Below, in pieces: positions 51,201-63,713 of a DNA stretch of 63,713 nucleotides; positions within the stretch are counted from its first letter, which is position 1, and each line of letters opens with the position of its first letter. The notes beneath the pieces are model-generated. The model saw only the letters and a program-made list of their open reading frames with translations, was not told the DNA's origin and made no database searches. A program made the position numbers and the translations under genes. This DNA comes from Malacoraja senta (Eukaryota), in contig JAXLNO010000546.1 of assembly GCA_038087875.1 (NCBI GenBank), forward strand, positions 186,001 through 249,713, read 5' to 3'.

Positions 51201-54200
51201 CCTCCATAAGATCTCCTCTCATCCTCCAACGCTCCATGGAATAGCCACCCAGCCTACTCAACCTCTCCCAATAGCTGTCACCCTCTAGTCCTGGCAACAT
51301 CCTCGTAAATCCTTTCTGAACATTTCAAACTTGACAATATCTTTCTTATAACTTGTTGCCCAGAACTGAACAAAATATTCCAAATACGGTCTCAACAACG
51401 CCTTATACAACTGCAACATGACCTCCCAATTTCTATATTCAATACTCTGACTGATAAAGGCCAATGTGCCGAAAGCCTTTTTTGCCACTATATCCACCTG
51501 TGACAACCTTCAAGGAACCATGCACCTGCATTTCTGGGGCCCTCTGATCTACCAACTCCCCGGAGCCCTACCATTCACTGTGCAGGTCCTGCCCTTGTAT
51601 GACGTCCCAAAAGAACGCGTTATCTGTTAAATATGACAGGTGCTATGAACATGTGAAGTTTGAGTAACATACGGCGTTCCACAGAATATAACTAATATAC
51701 GGAACATATTAATATAAGTATCGCCCTACTTCTCATCTTTTCCGACAGCAAGGTGTCTCTGTCTCATGATACAGAGAACGGGTTATCTGTTAACAGTGCC
51801 TGGCGGTAGAGACATCACATTTTGGCATGACACCGAACTTGAAGTGAGTGAAAAGTGAAGAACAGAACGATCTCATTTCGTATGCATGCGTGAGCAGAAA
51901 TGAATCAAACATAATGAAAACATGTGTATTAACGACTAAGGCAGCTAATCATAGTGCATGAAAACCCTTACCTGCAGCTGAATAATCGGCAAACATGCGT
52001 CAGATAATAAATGCAGAAGTGACCGGCACAGGGCGGGTATACCCTATAAGAAAGGATAAAACAGATATTGATAAGCGATATGATAAGAATCATTGCATCT
52101 GGCACAACAGAAATATGCATTTCCACCCATCATGTATTTGCTGGTCAACAGAGAATATGTTCAGTTATTAGCAAATCATCTGCAGCCATTCTGATCTACT
52201 GCTCCTCGCTCCAATCTATGGTCGCTAGATTTATACTAGAACCACAGCTGCAGGGGTTAACTAAAATTATATAGCTTCAGCCTGCCTAGTGTGGGCATGC
52301 CTTCTCACTACAATTATCCAACTGACTGTCTGTCCAACGGAAAATATGGAATTAAGACCGTAGACAATTTAATGCTCAATACCCTCGTTGTACCGGTAAT
52401 AAACATTCGAAAATGCACCACCTCAATCAAGCATGGGAAGCTGCTATGGACGATATGGAAGAGCTAGCCGAATCGATAAAGAATTGTTCTCATAGATGGA
52501 AGCAGAGGGAGGTGGCGGACGCTTGTTTTTCGGGCTGGAAGCTTGTGAGTCGTGGTGTGCCTTAGGTATTGGTGCTACGCCCATTGCTGCGTGTGGTTTA
52601 AATCCACAATATGGATGAGAATGTCAATAGCAGGATTAGTACTTGTGCAGAAATAGAAGAGTGTTCGGCTAGTGAGTTGAATAATGTTCAATAGAGTTTA
52701 ATGCAACTAAATGAGAGTTGTTGCATTTTGGGATAGAAACCAGAGCAGTACCTTCACAGTGAACAATGTTCAGTTCACATTTATTGTCACATGCACAAAT
52801 TAAGATTCAGTGATATTTGAGTTACGACACACCCACACAAATTAAAATAACACAATACACAATAACTTTAACATAAACATCCACCACAGTGTAATTAGCA
52901 ACCTTACTGTGTTGGAAGGCAATAAAGTTCAGTCATCTTCCTCCTTTGTTCACCCGTGGTCGGGGCATTGAACCCTACGCACTTGCCGTTGTGGATGGTC
53001 CGATGTTCAAGCCCTCTCGTCGGGATGATCGAAACTGCGACGTCGGGATGGATCGGAACACACCGCGGCCTGGAGTTCCCGAATCGGCCGCTTCCTACCG
53101 GAGACCGCTGCTTCATGGTGTTAAAGCCAACGGGTGCGCTCAGAGCTCCAACATCGGTTATCCTCGGCAAATGATCGCAGCTCCGCGATGTTGAAGTCCG
53201 CACCGCGTCAGCGGCTCCAGGCCGGTGACCGGGCAAGGCCACACCTATCCAGTTGTTAGGCCGCGAGGTGGGCGAAGATGCGACACACAGAAAAGAATCA
53301 TCTTCCTCGAGGTAAGTGACTGATAAAGCTATCCCCCGATCTCCCCCCCCCCACATACCACATACCGAGAAACATGAAAACAGACATTTTAGACACACTA
53401 AAAAAAATAATAGTCCAAAGCACAAACGGCTGCTGGCGAGGCTTCCGCTCGCGGCGCCACCCGGTGGAATAGCAGGATCCGGGGACAGTTACAAAATGGA
53501 GGCAATTGCAGGTACAGGTTTGCTAAATGCATGCCACATTAATAGCTTCAGGTACAGAATTTGTGGACCAACGAATTTCCACTTTGTAAGAAAACGGGCA
53601 TGTTTACTGCTACATTACTCGGTAGACCATGCATTGTGAATTTTTTGTCTTGGTTTGACTTCCGAAAATGCAACATGTCACATTGTACTGAATTAAACAT
53701 CTGTAGCAATTCCTCGGCTGCCATAAATATCGATAACAATCTTTGCTATCTGCAATGCCATCTACTTTCATGGTATCTGCAAACTTACTTATCAAGCCTT
53801 GTACATTCTTACCCAAGACACAAACAGCAATGGACCCTCATCGATCCCAGCATTCAGTGCGATTCAAACTTCCAGGGCAGGCTGACTTGCTGAATTGTGT
53901 GATAGATCTGCTGAACGTCTTGTTATTCTCGGAAGCATTTAGGCAAATTCTAGTCGAGAGTTTAAAGTGGTGGGATACCAGGGTGGGAACCAGGTAAGGC
54001 GCACAACGTTGCAATTTCTCACGTTTAGTCCAAATCCCTTTAACATATCCGATCAATGTTCGATTTTCTTTTTTTTAACGTATTGTCTCACCTACATACA
54101 CAACTATTAATTCACTGGGCAAATATATTACCATTTGGATAATCTCGGTAACTAAATGCAAATATATTTGACAAGAAGCATAGAAATCTGAAGTTTCGCA

Positions 54201-57200
54201 CGATTCGCGTGCGATCAAAACAAATGTTCCTTTATCTGAAAAGTCACAATCAATTTGCGTTCGCAGCCACTCGCAAATATCATGCCGACTTCATGTTCCT
54301 CATGATCTACGAACTCCTTCTCCGACGTCAATATATTTTCTGAAGAACTGGAAGACTACACACTTCCTCATAATATACTTCCTCCATTGTTGTTTAGCCC
54401 AACCACTGATCCGCCTGTTTAAGTATGGGGTAGAGAACAATACAGCACAAGATAAGGCCCTACGGCCCAAGACAGCTTTGTCAAACATCATGCCTTATTA
54501 AAAAAATCACTTGGGCATGCAGGTGATTCTTGTCAACCCATTCCAGAGGCCCATCCCCAAAGCGCAGCCATCTCGTCTTGTTTCGCCATTTGCCTTGGCG
54601 AAGCGTTCCAGATAGATAACACACTCTGTGTATAGGCCGGGCCCAGCACATGTAATTTAAAGTTTCTGCCCTCGGACTTCAATCCTACGTCTTATAATAG
54701 TTGACGTATCATTATTGCGAACTGTACCTTTCAGAATTTTGGAAGCAAAGGACAGGCCTCCCACACTTTCTCAGCAGGAGAGAATACAATCCAAGTGTTC
54801 ATTTTTTTCAAACGGTCCATATCCTCAATCGAAGCAGCACATTTGCAAACGTCTTGTGCCAAACTCATTATAAAGTACAAATCCTTCCAACAATTGACTG
54901 AGCAGTACTGCACGCAAAACCCAAGTGCAGCCTAATATAAATGGAATACAACTGCAACATCTCTTTCTGATAAGTATATTAAAAACCATTAAAAATTAAA
55001 TAAAAAATTCGCTCCATAGATGCTGCCTCACCCACTGAGTTTCTCCAGCATTTTTGTCTACCTTCGACTTTCCAGCATCTGCAGCTCCTTCTTAAACATA
55101 TTAAAAACCCAGACTGATTAAAAAAAGTAAACTATATACAAAGAAGTGTGAATTTAGTAGAGTAGGCTAGGTCTCTATTCCATGGATGGATGAAGGGAGT
55201 TCTTACAGAGGAATACAAAATCATGAGATGGATAGATCGTTTAGATGCACTGTATCTTGCCGAGAGTAGGGGGAATCGAGAGCCAGAGGACATAGGTTAC
55301 AGGTGAAGAAAAAAAGATTTAAAAGTAATCCGGTGACTTCGTCACACAAAGGGTGGTGGGTATATGGAACAAAATGCCAGAGGAGGTAGGTGAGGCGCGG
55401 ACTATCTCATGGTTTAAGAAACAGTTAAACAAGTTCATGGATATGACAGGTTTGGAGGGATATGAACCAAGCGCACGCTAGTTGGACTAGTGTAGCTGGA
55501 ACACAGTTAGCCAGTGTGGGCGAGTTTGTCCGAAGGGCCTGTTTCCACACTATCACTCTATATGCCAGTTTTCCCACTCTATCTACATATGTTGCTACGT
55601 TAATGAAGCCCTTGTGTTAAATCGTATCATTACGCTTTGCAGCAATGCTTGTTAAGTGTCTCATTAAGTGTCTTATTAAATGCTTGTTAAGTGTCTCTGT
55701 CCTCCCCTGAACATTTTATATCTTTGCTTCACACCTGCTCCTTTTACTGTAAATCCACCAACATTTTCGGCTGGGTCTGGAACTGATCAATATCTTGTTA
55801 CCATTCCCAGTCTTCTTCATTCTGCAACACTGATATATGTGTTTGCAGATCCAATTAATAAGAAAACTGCCTGCACTCACGTAGACTCTTCTGTCGTTGA
55901 CCCCTGTTGTAAAGATTGAGAACACACATACTTATTCCCATCACAGCTCGATAATTGGACTTTCTCCAGATGAACAGACACGTTGACGAACAGATTCGTC
56001 ATTGCATTTGCTCACCCATTTATTTTTCCATTTATGGAGAAAATCGGGCAAATTAACAAAAAACAACGAGTAAATACAGCGAAGGAATAACGGCGAAGGA
56101 ATAGTGGTCTAAAATTACAATCATTCTTCATTTCGAAATGTCGACTGTCCATTTTCTGCACTGAATCAAACGTTATTTCCTCAGCCACCCCATCGGATAT
56201 GAATATTACTGAAAAGATGACATGCACGGCTCGAGATACCCCTGCCCATAAACACACACGCACATGGACGCACAAACACACACTCACACAGTTGGTCAAA
56301 GAATGACTGTGTAAGGCACTATCTGTATCATCCGCTATCCGTTCCCCTTGGGATTGGTCGCATGTGTCTTCGCTGAGTTCCAGGAGTTCAGTGCACTCTC
56401 TATGAGGTTCGACCATCTTCCCTTAAATGATTAGAGCTATGGAATCATAGTCATTGAGTATTCCCTCATGGATATAGGCTCTATGGCCCAACTGCCCAGA
56501 TCGGCCAATATGGCCCGCTACACTCGTCCCACCTAACTGCATTTGGCCCATATCCCACGAAACATGTTCTATCCTTGTACCTGTGTAAATATTTCTTAAA
56601 CTTTGCCATTTCACCTGCCTCAACGATCTTCTCTGGCAACTTTTTCCATAGACCAACCAACATTTGCGTGAAACGTTATCCCTCAGGTTCCCATTAAACC
56701 TTTCCTACCTCTCCTTAATCCTTTGTTTTGTACACACCAAAAAGACAAATTCGCTTTCCCCTGCGCTCCAAGCAAGAATCCCAGCTTGCACTACCTCTTC
56801 CCATAGCTCAGGCCTTCATGTCCTGGCAACATCCTCGTAAATCTTCTCTGCATCCATTCTTCGGCCTACTTCTTTCACGGAGTTTGAGCTTTTGAAAAAT
56901 ACGTTGAATTACTACGGCCCTGATTGAATTCTCTTTGTCTGCTGTCGAGTTTGTTTATTACTGATGACCTCTAATCTTGACCACTCAAGTAATACAGTGA
57001 GAGTCACGACTGATCACTTGAAATGTAATGCGCTTGGAGGAAACTCCAATTTCTTTTGTTGGAGGGTGGTGAATGTGGAATTCATTGCCACAGAAGGTTG
57101 TAAGTCAATTCATATTTTTAGGGCGCAGATTGATATATATTTTTGATTGTTCGGATACAGGAGTTATGGGTAGAAGGCAGAAGAACGAGTGAATGCGAAA

Positions 57201-57333
57201 GATAGATCAGCCGCCATCGAATGGCAGAATAACCTTGATTTTCTTATCACATCAATTGTGGACGTATAAAATATTGCCACCCATCAATGTCCACCATGCT
57301 TCACTCTGTCGCAGCGTACACATTTATTTTATA

Positions 57334-58064
57334 ATAGACTAAGTGGGATCCGTTGGGTCCCATGTTCACACGGGAGGGCTGGTCCCCCAACGCTTCGCCA
57401 ATTCCACTTCTCCGCCAATTACAATATTGGTGGCCAGTGGGGGTGGACTTGCTGGAGCGCTGGTATGGGTGTTGTGGGCTGCTTTTCCAGAGGGCTAGTA
57501 TGGACATTGTGGGCCAAATGGATTCGTGGGCTGGCAGCTCAGTCAGTCAAGCCTGGTGGGCTGGGAGTTGACTAACGGCTATTCCTAGAAATTCAATTTC
57601 AAGCAGAATGCAGGCCACCAAGTTCAAATGAGGTTTCCTACCATTTCAAGCAGGGTGCAAGGCCACCAAATTCAAAAGCAGTTTCATACAATTTTAAAAA
57701 GGGTCTAAGTCCACATAATTCAAAAGCAGTTTCATACCATTTCAAGCAGGGTGCAAGGTCAGTAAGGTGACCTCTCCCTCCCCATCCTGCGGAGACTGAG
57801 CCACGCCCACACTTCTGGGTTTATAGTCCCTTCCCTCTCCCCACCGGAAAGGGTATGGCCATGGTGGTGATTGACAGGAAGTAGAATCTCAACATTTTTA
57901 ATACACTTATAACTCTTTTATTTTTAAACGATGGGAAAACCCGTCTTGTCCTGCGCAGCGGAGGGGGACTCTGAGTAAATTGGCCAAAAATCACAGTCTT
58001 AAGTAGTAGCGTTTTTTCTAATATCAATATTAAGTGCAAACAGGAAGTGGTCAAGATGACAATT

Positions 58065-58100
<36 letters not shown>
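57334..58100 (-). mobile_element. Non-autonomous Helitron (paralog of 39382-42832 without the nested LINEs)
   Basis: Same hairpin end on the - strand; the 5' end runs into (TA)n at 58072-58101. Confidence 0.82.

Positions 58101-58101
<1 letters not shown>
58072..58101. repeat. (TA)n microsatellite
   Basis: Seen directly; expanded from the Helitron 5' TCTATATA end. Confidence 0.95.
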
Positions 58102-58107
<6 letters not shown>

Positions 58108-60054
58108 CACTTCTTGACAAGCCTTCGTTGCGGTTATTGCCTGATGGACCATATTCGTGCAATAATACTTGTATATGTCAGACCTGGGGTTTGGATAACG
58201 CATTACTTCGTGAACAGCTTGGCCACGTTTCCTATGTTTTATACCTACCTGTTGTAAAGAACTGCTAGGCCACATTAGAATATCTGAAGTATAGAGGCAG
58301 ATTGTTAGACACGTACAAAGATGCGTGGTCGAGATGCATGTAGCGAAATCTGATATGGAATTCTGGCATTTATTTGTGTTTACGCAGGTAGTATTTGATG
58401 CAATGATATAAAATATGAACCAGATCTCAGCCTAAATTCAGTGTCCATCATAGTGTAGGAATAGGTGGTAGCATCGGAAAACGTGCAAGATGTTGGTGGA
58501 ATGGACTGTTTCACTGTTGAGGAGAGACGAGAGCAGTTATTTTTATTACAACGAAGTTTAAGAGTGAACATGATTCGGATGTCCAATGTAATGGTAGGTA
58601 GACTCTATTGCTCAGAGGTAAACTATTCGCCAGGGAGCAGTTCGGCAAGTTAAGAGATCGGATCTACGGTGGAAACTTTTCACCCAGGGAGTAGTGATTA
58701 CAGAGAAAATAATTTTGGATGAAGTGATGGAAGCGGTTCGCTTGCATAATTTAACAAGTACCATGAAAAGTGCCAGAATAATCTAGGCACAGAAACCCAC
58801 GGGCCAAATACTGCACGATATTATTAATACGTCCAGTGACTGGACAAGTATCGCCCCAGTTCTCATTCTTTACGACAGCCACGTGTCTGTGTCTCATTAT
58901 CCAGAGGATTGTTTATCTGTTCGAGTTCGAGTTCACGTTTATTATCATGCACCAATTAAGGGACAGTGATATTTGATTAACCATACAGCCATACTAAGTG
59001 AAAAGCAACAATACACACAGCCACATAAAAATAAAATTTAACATAAACATCCACCGCAACATTCCTCATTGTGATCGAAGGCAATAAAGTTCAGCCATTT
59101 TCTTCTTTTGGTCACCAGTGGTCGTGGCTGCACCCTCCGCAGTTCGCCGCTGCCGACGATCCGATGTCCAAGCACACGCGACGGAATGATCGAAACGCCG
59201 GTTTCGGGACGGACCAGAACACGCCGCATCAGGGAGCTCCCGAGTCGGCCACTTCTTACCCGAGACCATGATTCACAGTGCTAAAGTCCACAGAAACCGC
59301 GGTCGGTGCCCTTTTGCTGTCGTTCCTCGGCAACGGATCACAGGCTCCGCGATGGTAATTCCGCACCACGCCTGCGGCTTGAAGCTCCGGACCGGTCTTC
59401 AGGAAAGGCCACACCACTCACGTTGTTGGTCCGCAAGGGTGGGGGGCGGAGATACCTCATGGCGAAAAATCGCATCTCCGTCGACGTAACTGACGAAAAA
59501 ATATTTCCCCTGAATCCCACCCCCCACATTAAACAAACCAAGAAACACTGAATCCTACTTTAAAAATATACTTACACTAATAAAAACAGAGAGGGACTGA
59601 CAGATTGTTGGCGAAGGAGCTACCGCAGTGGCGCCACCCGATGGAATCTGTTAACTAGGACTGGCGGTGTAGACATCATCAGATTTTGGCACGACACTGA
59701 ACTCCAAGTGAGCAGAAAGTGTAAAACAGAACGTCCTCATTTTGTATGCATCAGTGAGCAGAAATGAGGCATACATAACGACAACGCGTATATTGCCGAC
59801 TAGAGACTGAGGCGCCCGATCATAGAGACTGAGGCGCCCGATATTGAGAAGCTATAAGACAAGAATTATTGCAGCTGGCACAAAAAAAAAGTATTTCCAC
59901 CCTTCATGTAGTTGCCAGTCAACCGAGAATATGTTCCTTATTAGCAAATCGTCTGCAGCCTTTCTGATCGAACTGCCCTCTCACTACGGTCTACGTTCAC
60001 TGGAATAATAAAGATATATAAAATAGATGCAGGAAGAGGCCATTTGCAGCATGA

Positions 60055-62300
60055 TTCCGCTAGCACCAAGAGCTCTATCCAACTCTCTTTTTAAATTCAT
60101 CAAGTGAATTGGCCACTACTGCCTTCTGTGGCAGATAATTCCACAAATTCACAACTCTCTGGGTGAATACTTTTTCTCATCTCAGTTTTAAATAGCCTCC
60201 GGTTTATTCTTAGACTGTGGCCTCTGGTTCTGGACCCCCCAACATTGGGAACACTTTTCCTGCATCTAGCTTGTCCATTCCTTTTATAATTTTACATGTG
60301 TCTATAAGATCCCCACTCACCCTTCCAAATACCAGAGAATATAAGCCTAGTCTTTCCAATCTATCCTCATATGACAGTCCCGCCATCCCAGGGATTGACC
60401 TCGTGAACCTACGCTGCTACAATAGCAAGGATGTCTTCCCTCAAATTAGGAGACCAAAACTGCACACAATACTCCAGATGTGGTCTCAACAAGGCCCGTA
60501 CAACTGCAGAAGGACCTTTTTACTCCTATCGTCAAATCCGCTCATTATGAAGGCGAACATGCCCTAAGCTGTCATCGTTGCCTGCTGTACCTGCATGTTT
60601 ACTTTCAGTGACTGGTGTACAAGGACACCGAGGTCTCGTTGCACTTCCCTTTATCCTAATTTGACAGCATTGAGATAATAATCTGCCTCCTTGTTCTTGC
60701 CGGCAATGTGGATAACCTCACATTTATTTACATTATACTGCATCTGCCATGCATCTGCCCAGTCAGTCAACCTGTCCAATCCTGCAACCTCCTAGCAGCA
60801 TCTTCGTAGTTCGCACTGCTACCCATCTCTGTGTCATCTGCAAATGTGCTAGTGTTACTTTCAATCCCTTCACATAAATCATTACTAAATATTGTAAATA
60901 GTTGCGCCCCATCATTGAGCCTTGGGGCACTCCAATCGCCACTGCCTGCCATTCTGACAGGGACCCGTTTATTCCTACGCTTTGTTTCCTGTCTGCCAAC
61001 AAATCCTCCGTCCATGTCAATACCCTACCCCCAATACCATGTGCTCTAATATTGTCCACTAATTTCCTATGTGGGACCTTATTAAAGGCTTTCTGAAAGA
61101 CAGATACACTACATGCACTCGCTCTCCTTCATCCCTTTTACTTGTCACATCCTCAAAACATTCCAGAAGAGCAGTCAAGCAGGATTTGCCTTTCATAAAT
61201 CCATGCTGACCTGGATCAATCCTTTTACTGCTCTCCAAATGCGTCATTATAACTTCTTTAACAATAGACCCAAACATCTTATCTACCACCGGTGTCAGGC
61301 TAAATGGTCTATAATTGCTCGTTTTTTCTCCCGCTCCTTTCTTCAAAATTGCATTAGTGTATCCTTGCATGAGTGTTTATTATTGCATGAGTGTTTACTA
61401 TTCCTCAATTCTATCCACAGCGACTCTACATCGTCTGTTGCTATGTCACCCCTCGCAAGGGATGGAATTCCATCCCCCACCAACAGTTACCCCACCCCTC
61501 TGCCCACCTTCCAGTCTTTTCAATAGGTCGTATAATCCTGAATATTCATTTATCAGTCCCGATCCTCCTGCAGTCTTGTCTCTGTACAATGTCATATCTT
61601 CCAATCCCTGACTGAGCCTCAAGATCATCCACTTTACTTCTTATACTTCGAACATTCATGTACAATAATTTTAATCCATTACTCACCTCATCTTTCACAT
61701 CGATTCCTATTTGGCTTGGCCATACTCTCCCATCTCCTAGTGATCTTACTGCCTCTTTATTTCTGTGTTTTTCTGAACTTTCCCTAACCTCTCTTTCCCT
61801 TTAACTCGAACCTTGTATTTCCAATTTGTTCTTACCCCTCTCCCTCCACTATTTAATTTAAATCCGCTCGTGTAGCCGTGGCAAACCTGCCTGCCAGAAT
61901 GCTGACCCCCCAGCCCCCCGCTCCTGTTAAGGAGTATCCCGCCCCTTTTGTACAATTCACCCTTAACCCAAAACAGACCCAGTGGTCTAAAAATCTAAAT
62001 CCATGCCCCCTGCACCAGCTCCTCAGCCACTCATTCAGAACACCTACCGCCCTGTTCCTACCCTCGGCCGCAGGAGGAACTAGAAGCAAACCGGAGATAA
62101 GCAAATAGGAGGTCCTGCTTTTCCGTCATCCTTGGAGCTCTCTAAAGTCACGCTGCAGAATCTCTTTCTCCTTATTTGTGCCGACATGCACTACCACTTT
62201 CGGCTGCTCACCATCACGCTTGAGGATGCTCTGCAATCATTCCATTATGTCCTGGATCCTCTCTTCTGGGAGGCAACACGCCATCCTATAATCCCACCAA
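60055..62300 (-). mobile_element. Deleted CR1 with esterase remnant
   Basis: ORFs 60763, 61059 and 61853 (LNEWLRSWCRGHGFRFLDHW). Confidence 0.9.
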
Positions 62301-62414
62301 AGAACCCCAGCTGCACGGATTAAAATAAATACAAATATACAGCTTCATGCTGACTAGTGAGACCAAGCATCCTCACTACATTTATCCAACTGCTTGTCTG
62401 CCATACGGATCGAT

Positions 62415-63713
62415 AAAGAATAGTAAGTTTAAACGAGAACTTACCAGTTTGAAGTTTGATCTTTATTTTATGAGGAGTTACGGTGAGCGATTACGTGAAG
62501 AAGAAGCCCCGCCAGTCCGCATGCGTTTAAAATCTTCAAAGCAGCGGTGTGAACTCACAGATAACATCAGTCGAAGTAACATAGTAAGACTTAGAGAAGA
62601 CTAGAAGTACCGAGTGACCTTTATGAGAGAGGGCAGGGAGCGGCGGGCATATAATCTCCTCATAAAATAAAGATCAAACTTCAAACTGGTAAGTTCTCGT
62701 TTAATCTTACTATTTTACTTCGGAGTCACGTGAGTGATTCCGTGAAGATTTCAAAGCTCTGAGATTTCATGCCGTGAGAAACGAGTCTACACAACCACAA
62801 CTGCTTCATTGACAGATAAGGGAAGCATTCATAATGAATAAATAATAGTAACTCCTCTCATCCGGGAGTAAACTAACCACTGAACATAAAATAGAGTTGA
62901 CAAACACCCCTGGTCTGGCAATAGGTTATTATGAAATGTTCAGAAGTTCGTTCGCCCATCCTGCAGTCGCCAGGATGTGATCCAGCGGAACGTACATAAT
63001 CACTGCTGCTGATGTCGTAGCAGCCCTGGTGGAGTGAGACTCGTAAAATATCAGTATCTACTCCTGTATGAGCCAAACCCCGTTTCAACCATTTGGAGAT
63101 GGTCCAAACCAATACCTTTTTATACAGTTTTTTGTAATTAACAAACATTGTTAGTTCAGAGCCTCTAAGGGTCTTCGTGACCTTGACGTATTGTTGTATA
63201 TGTGTGACCATACACAACCGAAGGTTCATGAGGTATGCCATGAAACTAGTTTGAGACTTCACGTCTGCTCTGCTTAAATAAACATTAAAATATAATATTA
63301 TTTGCAAATGTAACCATCCTGTCCAGTCACAATATGTAGTGACTGAACCCGTTGCGCTGAGACCAGTGCCATGAGGATAACTACCGTATGAGAGCCGAGC
63401 CAAAGCTAAGGGTGTAGCTGGAGACCCATGGTGAAATAGTGTTAATACCACATCAATATCCCATACTGCCCTGTGCTTGTCCTTGGAGAACTTGTGTGAA
63501 AGATATCCTTTATAACTCGGTATCAGGGGGTGAAACCCGACAGAGTGGTCCCTTTTGCTGCAGCAAATATGATGGGAAGGCACGTTGGGCACAGTTAATG
63601 GTCCTATAACATAATTTATTGTCAAAGACACATTTGAAACGAACTCCAAGACGCCAGTTATCTGTACCGCATTAGATGTAATTTAAGTATTTAAACAAAC
63701 GCTTCCCATCTCC
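62415..63713 (-). mobile_element. DIRS-type tyrosine-recombinase retrotransposon, 3' end (degenerate YR ORF)
   Basis: AVWDIDVVL, LCMVTHIQQY, TISKWLK...GVD, and a frameshifted SHSTRA (~63021-63040). A 59-bp inverted repeat 62419-62477/62656-62714 fits the terminal repeat/ICR. Confidence 0.9.

Larger units (their letters stand above)
49790..62410 (-). repeat. Segmental duplication, arm A' (inverted relative to arm A and segment B)
   Basis: The reverse complement matches 1-7919 plus 11787-11850. Part 57825-62410 matches ~34470-41850 (ORF pairs 59038/38053, 61315/35045, 62132/34527). Confidence 0.95.

Overview
Eukaryotic, transposon-saturated vertebrate DNA. The mix of CR1, Rex1/Babar, L2, Tx1, Penelope, Gypsy, DIRS and Helitron elements suggests a cartilaginous fish (skate/ray); this is an inference. 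I found no intact cellular gene, rRNA, tRNA or CRISPR array, and most listed ORFs are TE fragments, antisense shadows or low-complexity artefacts. The window is built from nested segmental duplications. Region 1-7919 is an inverted copy of ~49845-57825, near-identical up to ~6780 and then abruptly more diverged. Region ~34470-49150 is a more diverged copy that forms a giant imperfect palindrome with ~51075-62410, and older or partial copies also occur. Between the TEs lie + strand, GT-AG-bounded exon-like segments. By eye their translations resemble successive parts of a cyclic-nucleotide-gated/HCN-family channel (CNBD, S1, S2-S3, pore-S6, C-linker, second CNBD). This points to a decayed, locally amplified channel gene, possibly of the multi-repeat CNGK type. 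Other notable items: a DNA transposon with a 5-bp TSD confirmed by its empty paralogous site, stacked Helitrons carrying a Tx1 fragment with strand-biased T>C changes, and a SINE-like family with a covarying hairpin. All alignments were done by eye, and TE boundaries are approximate.
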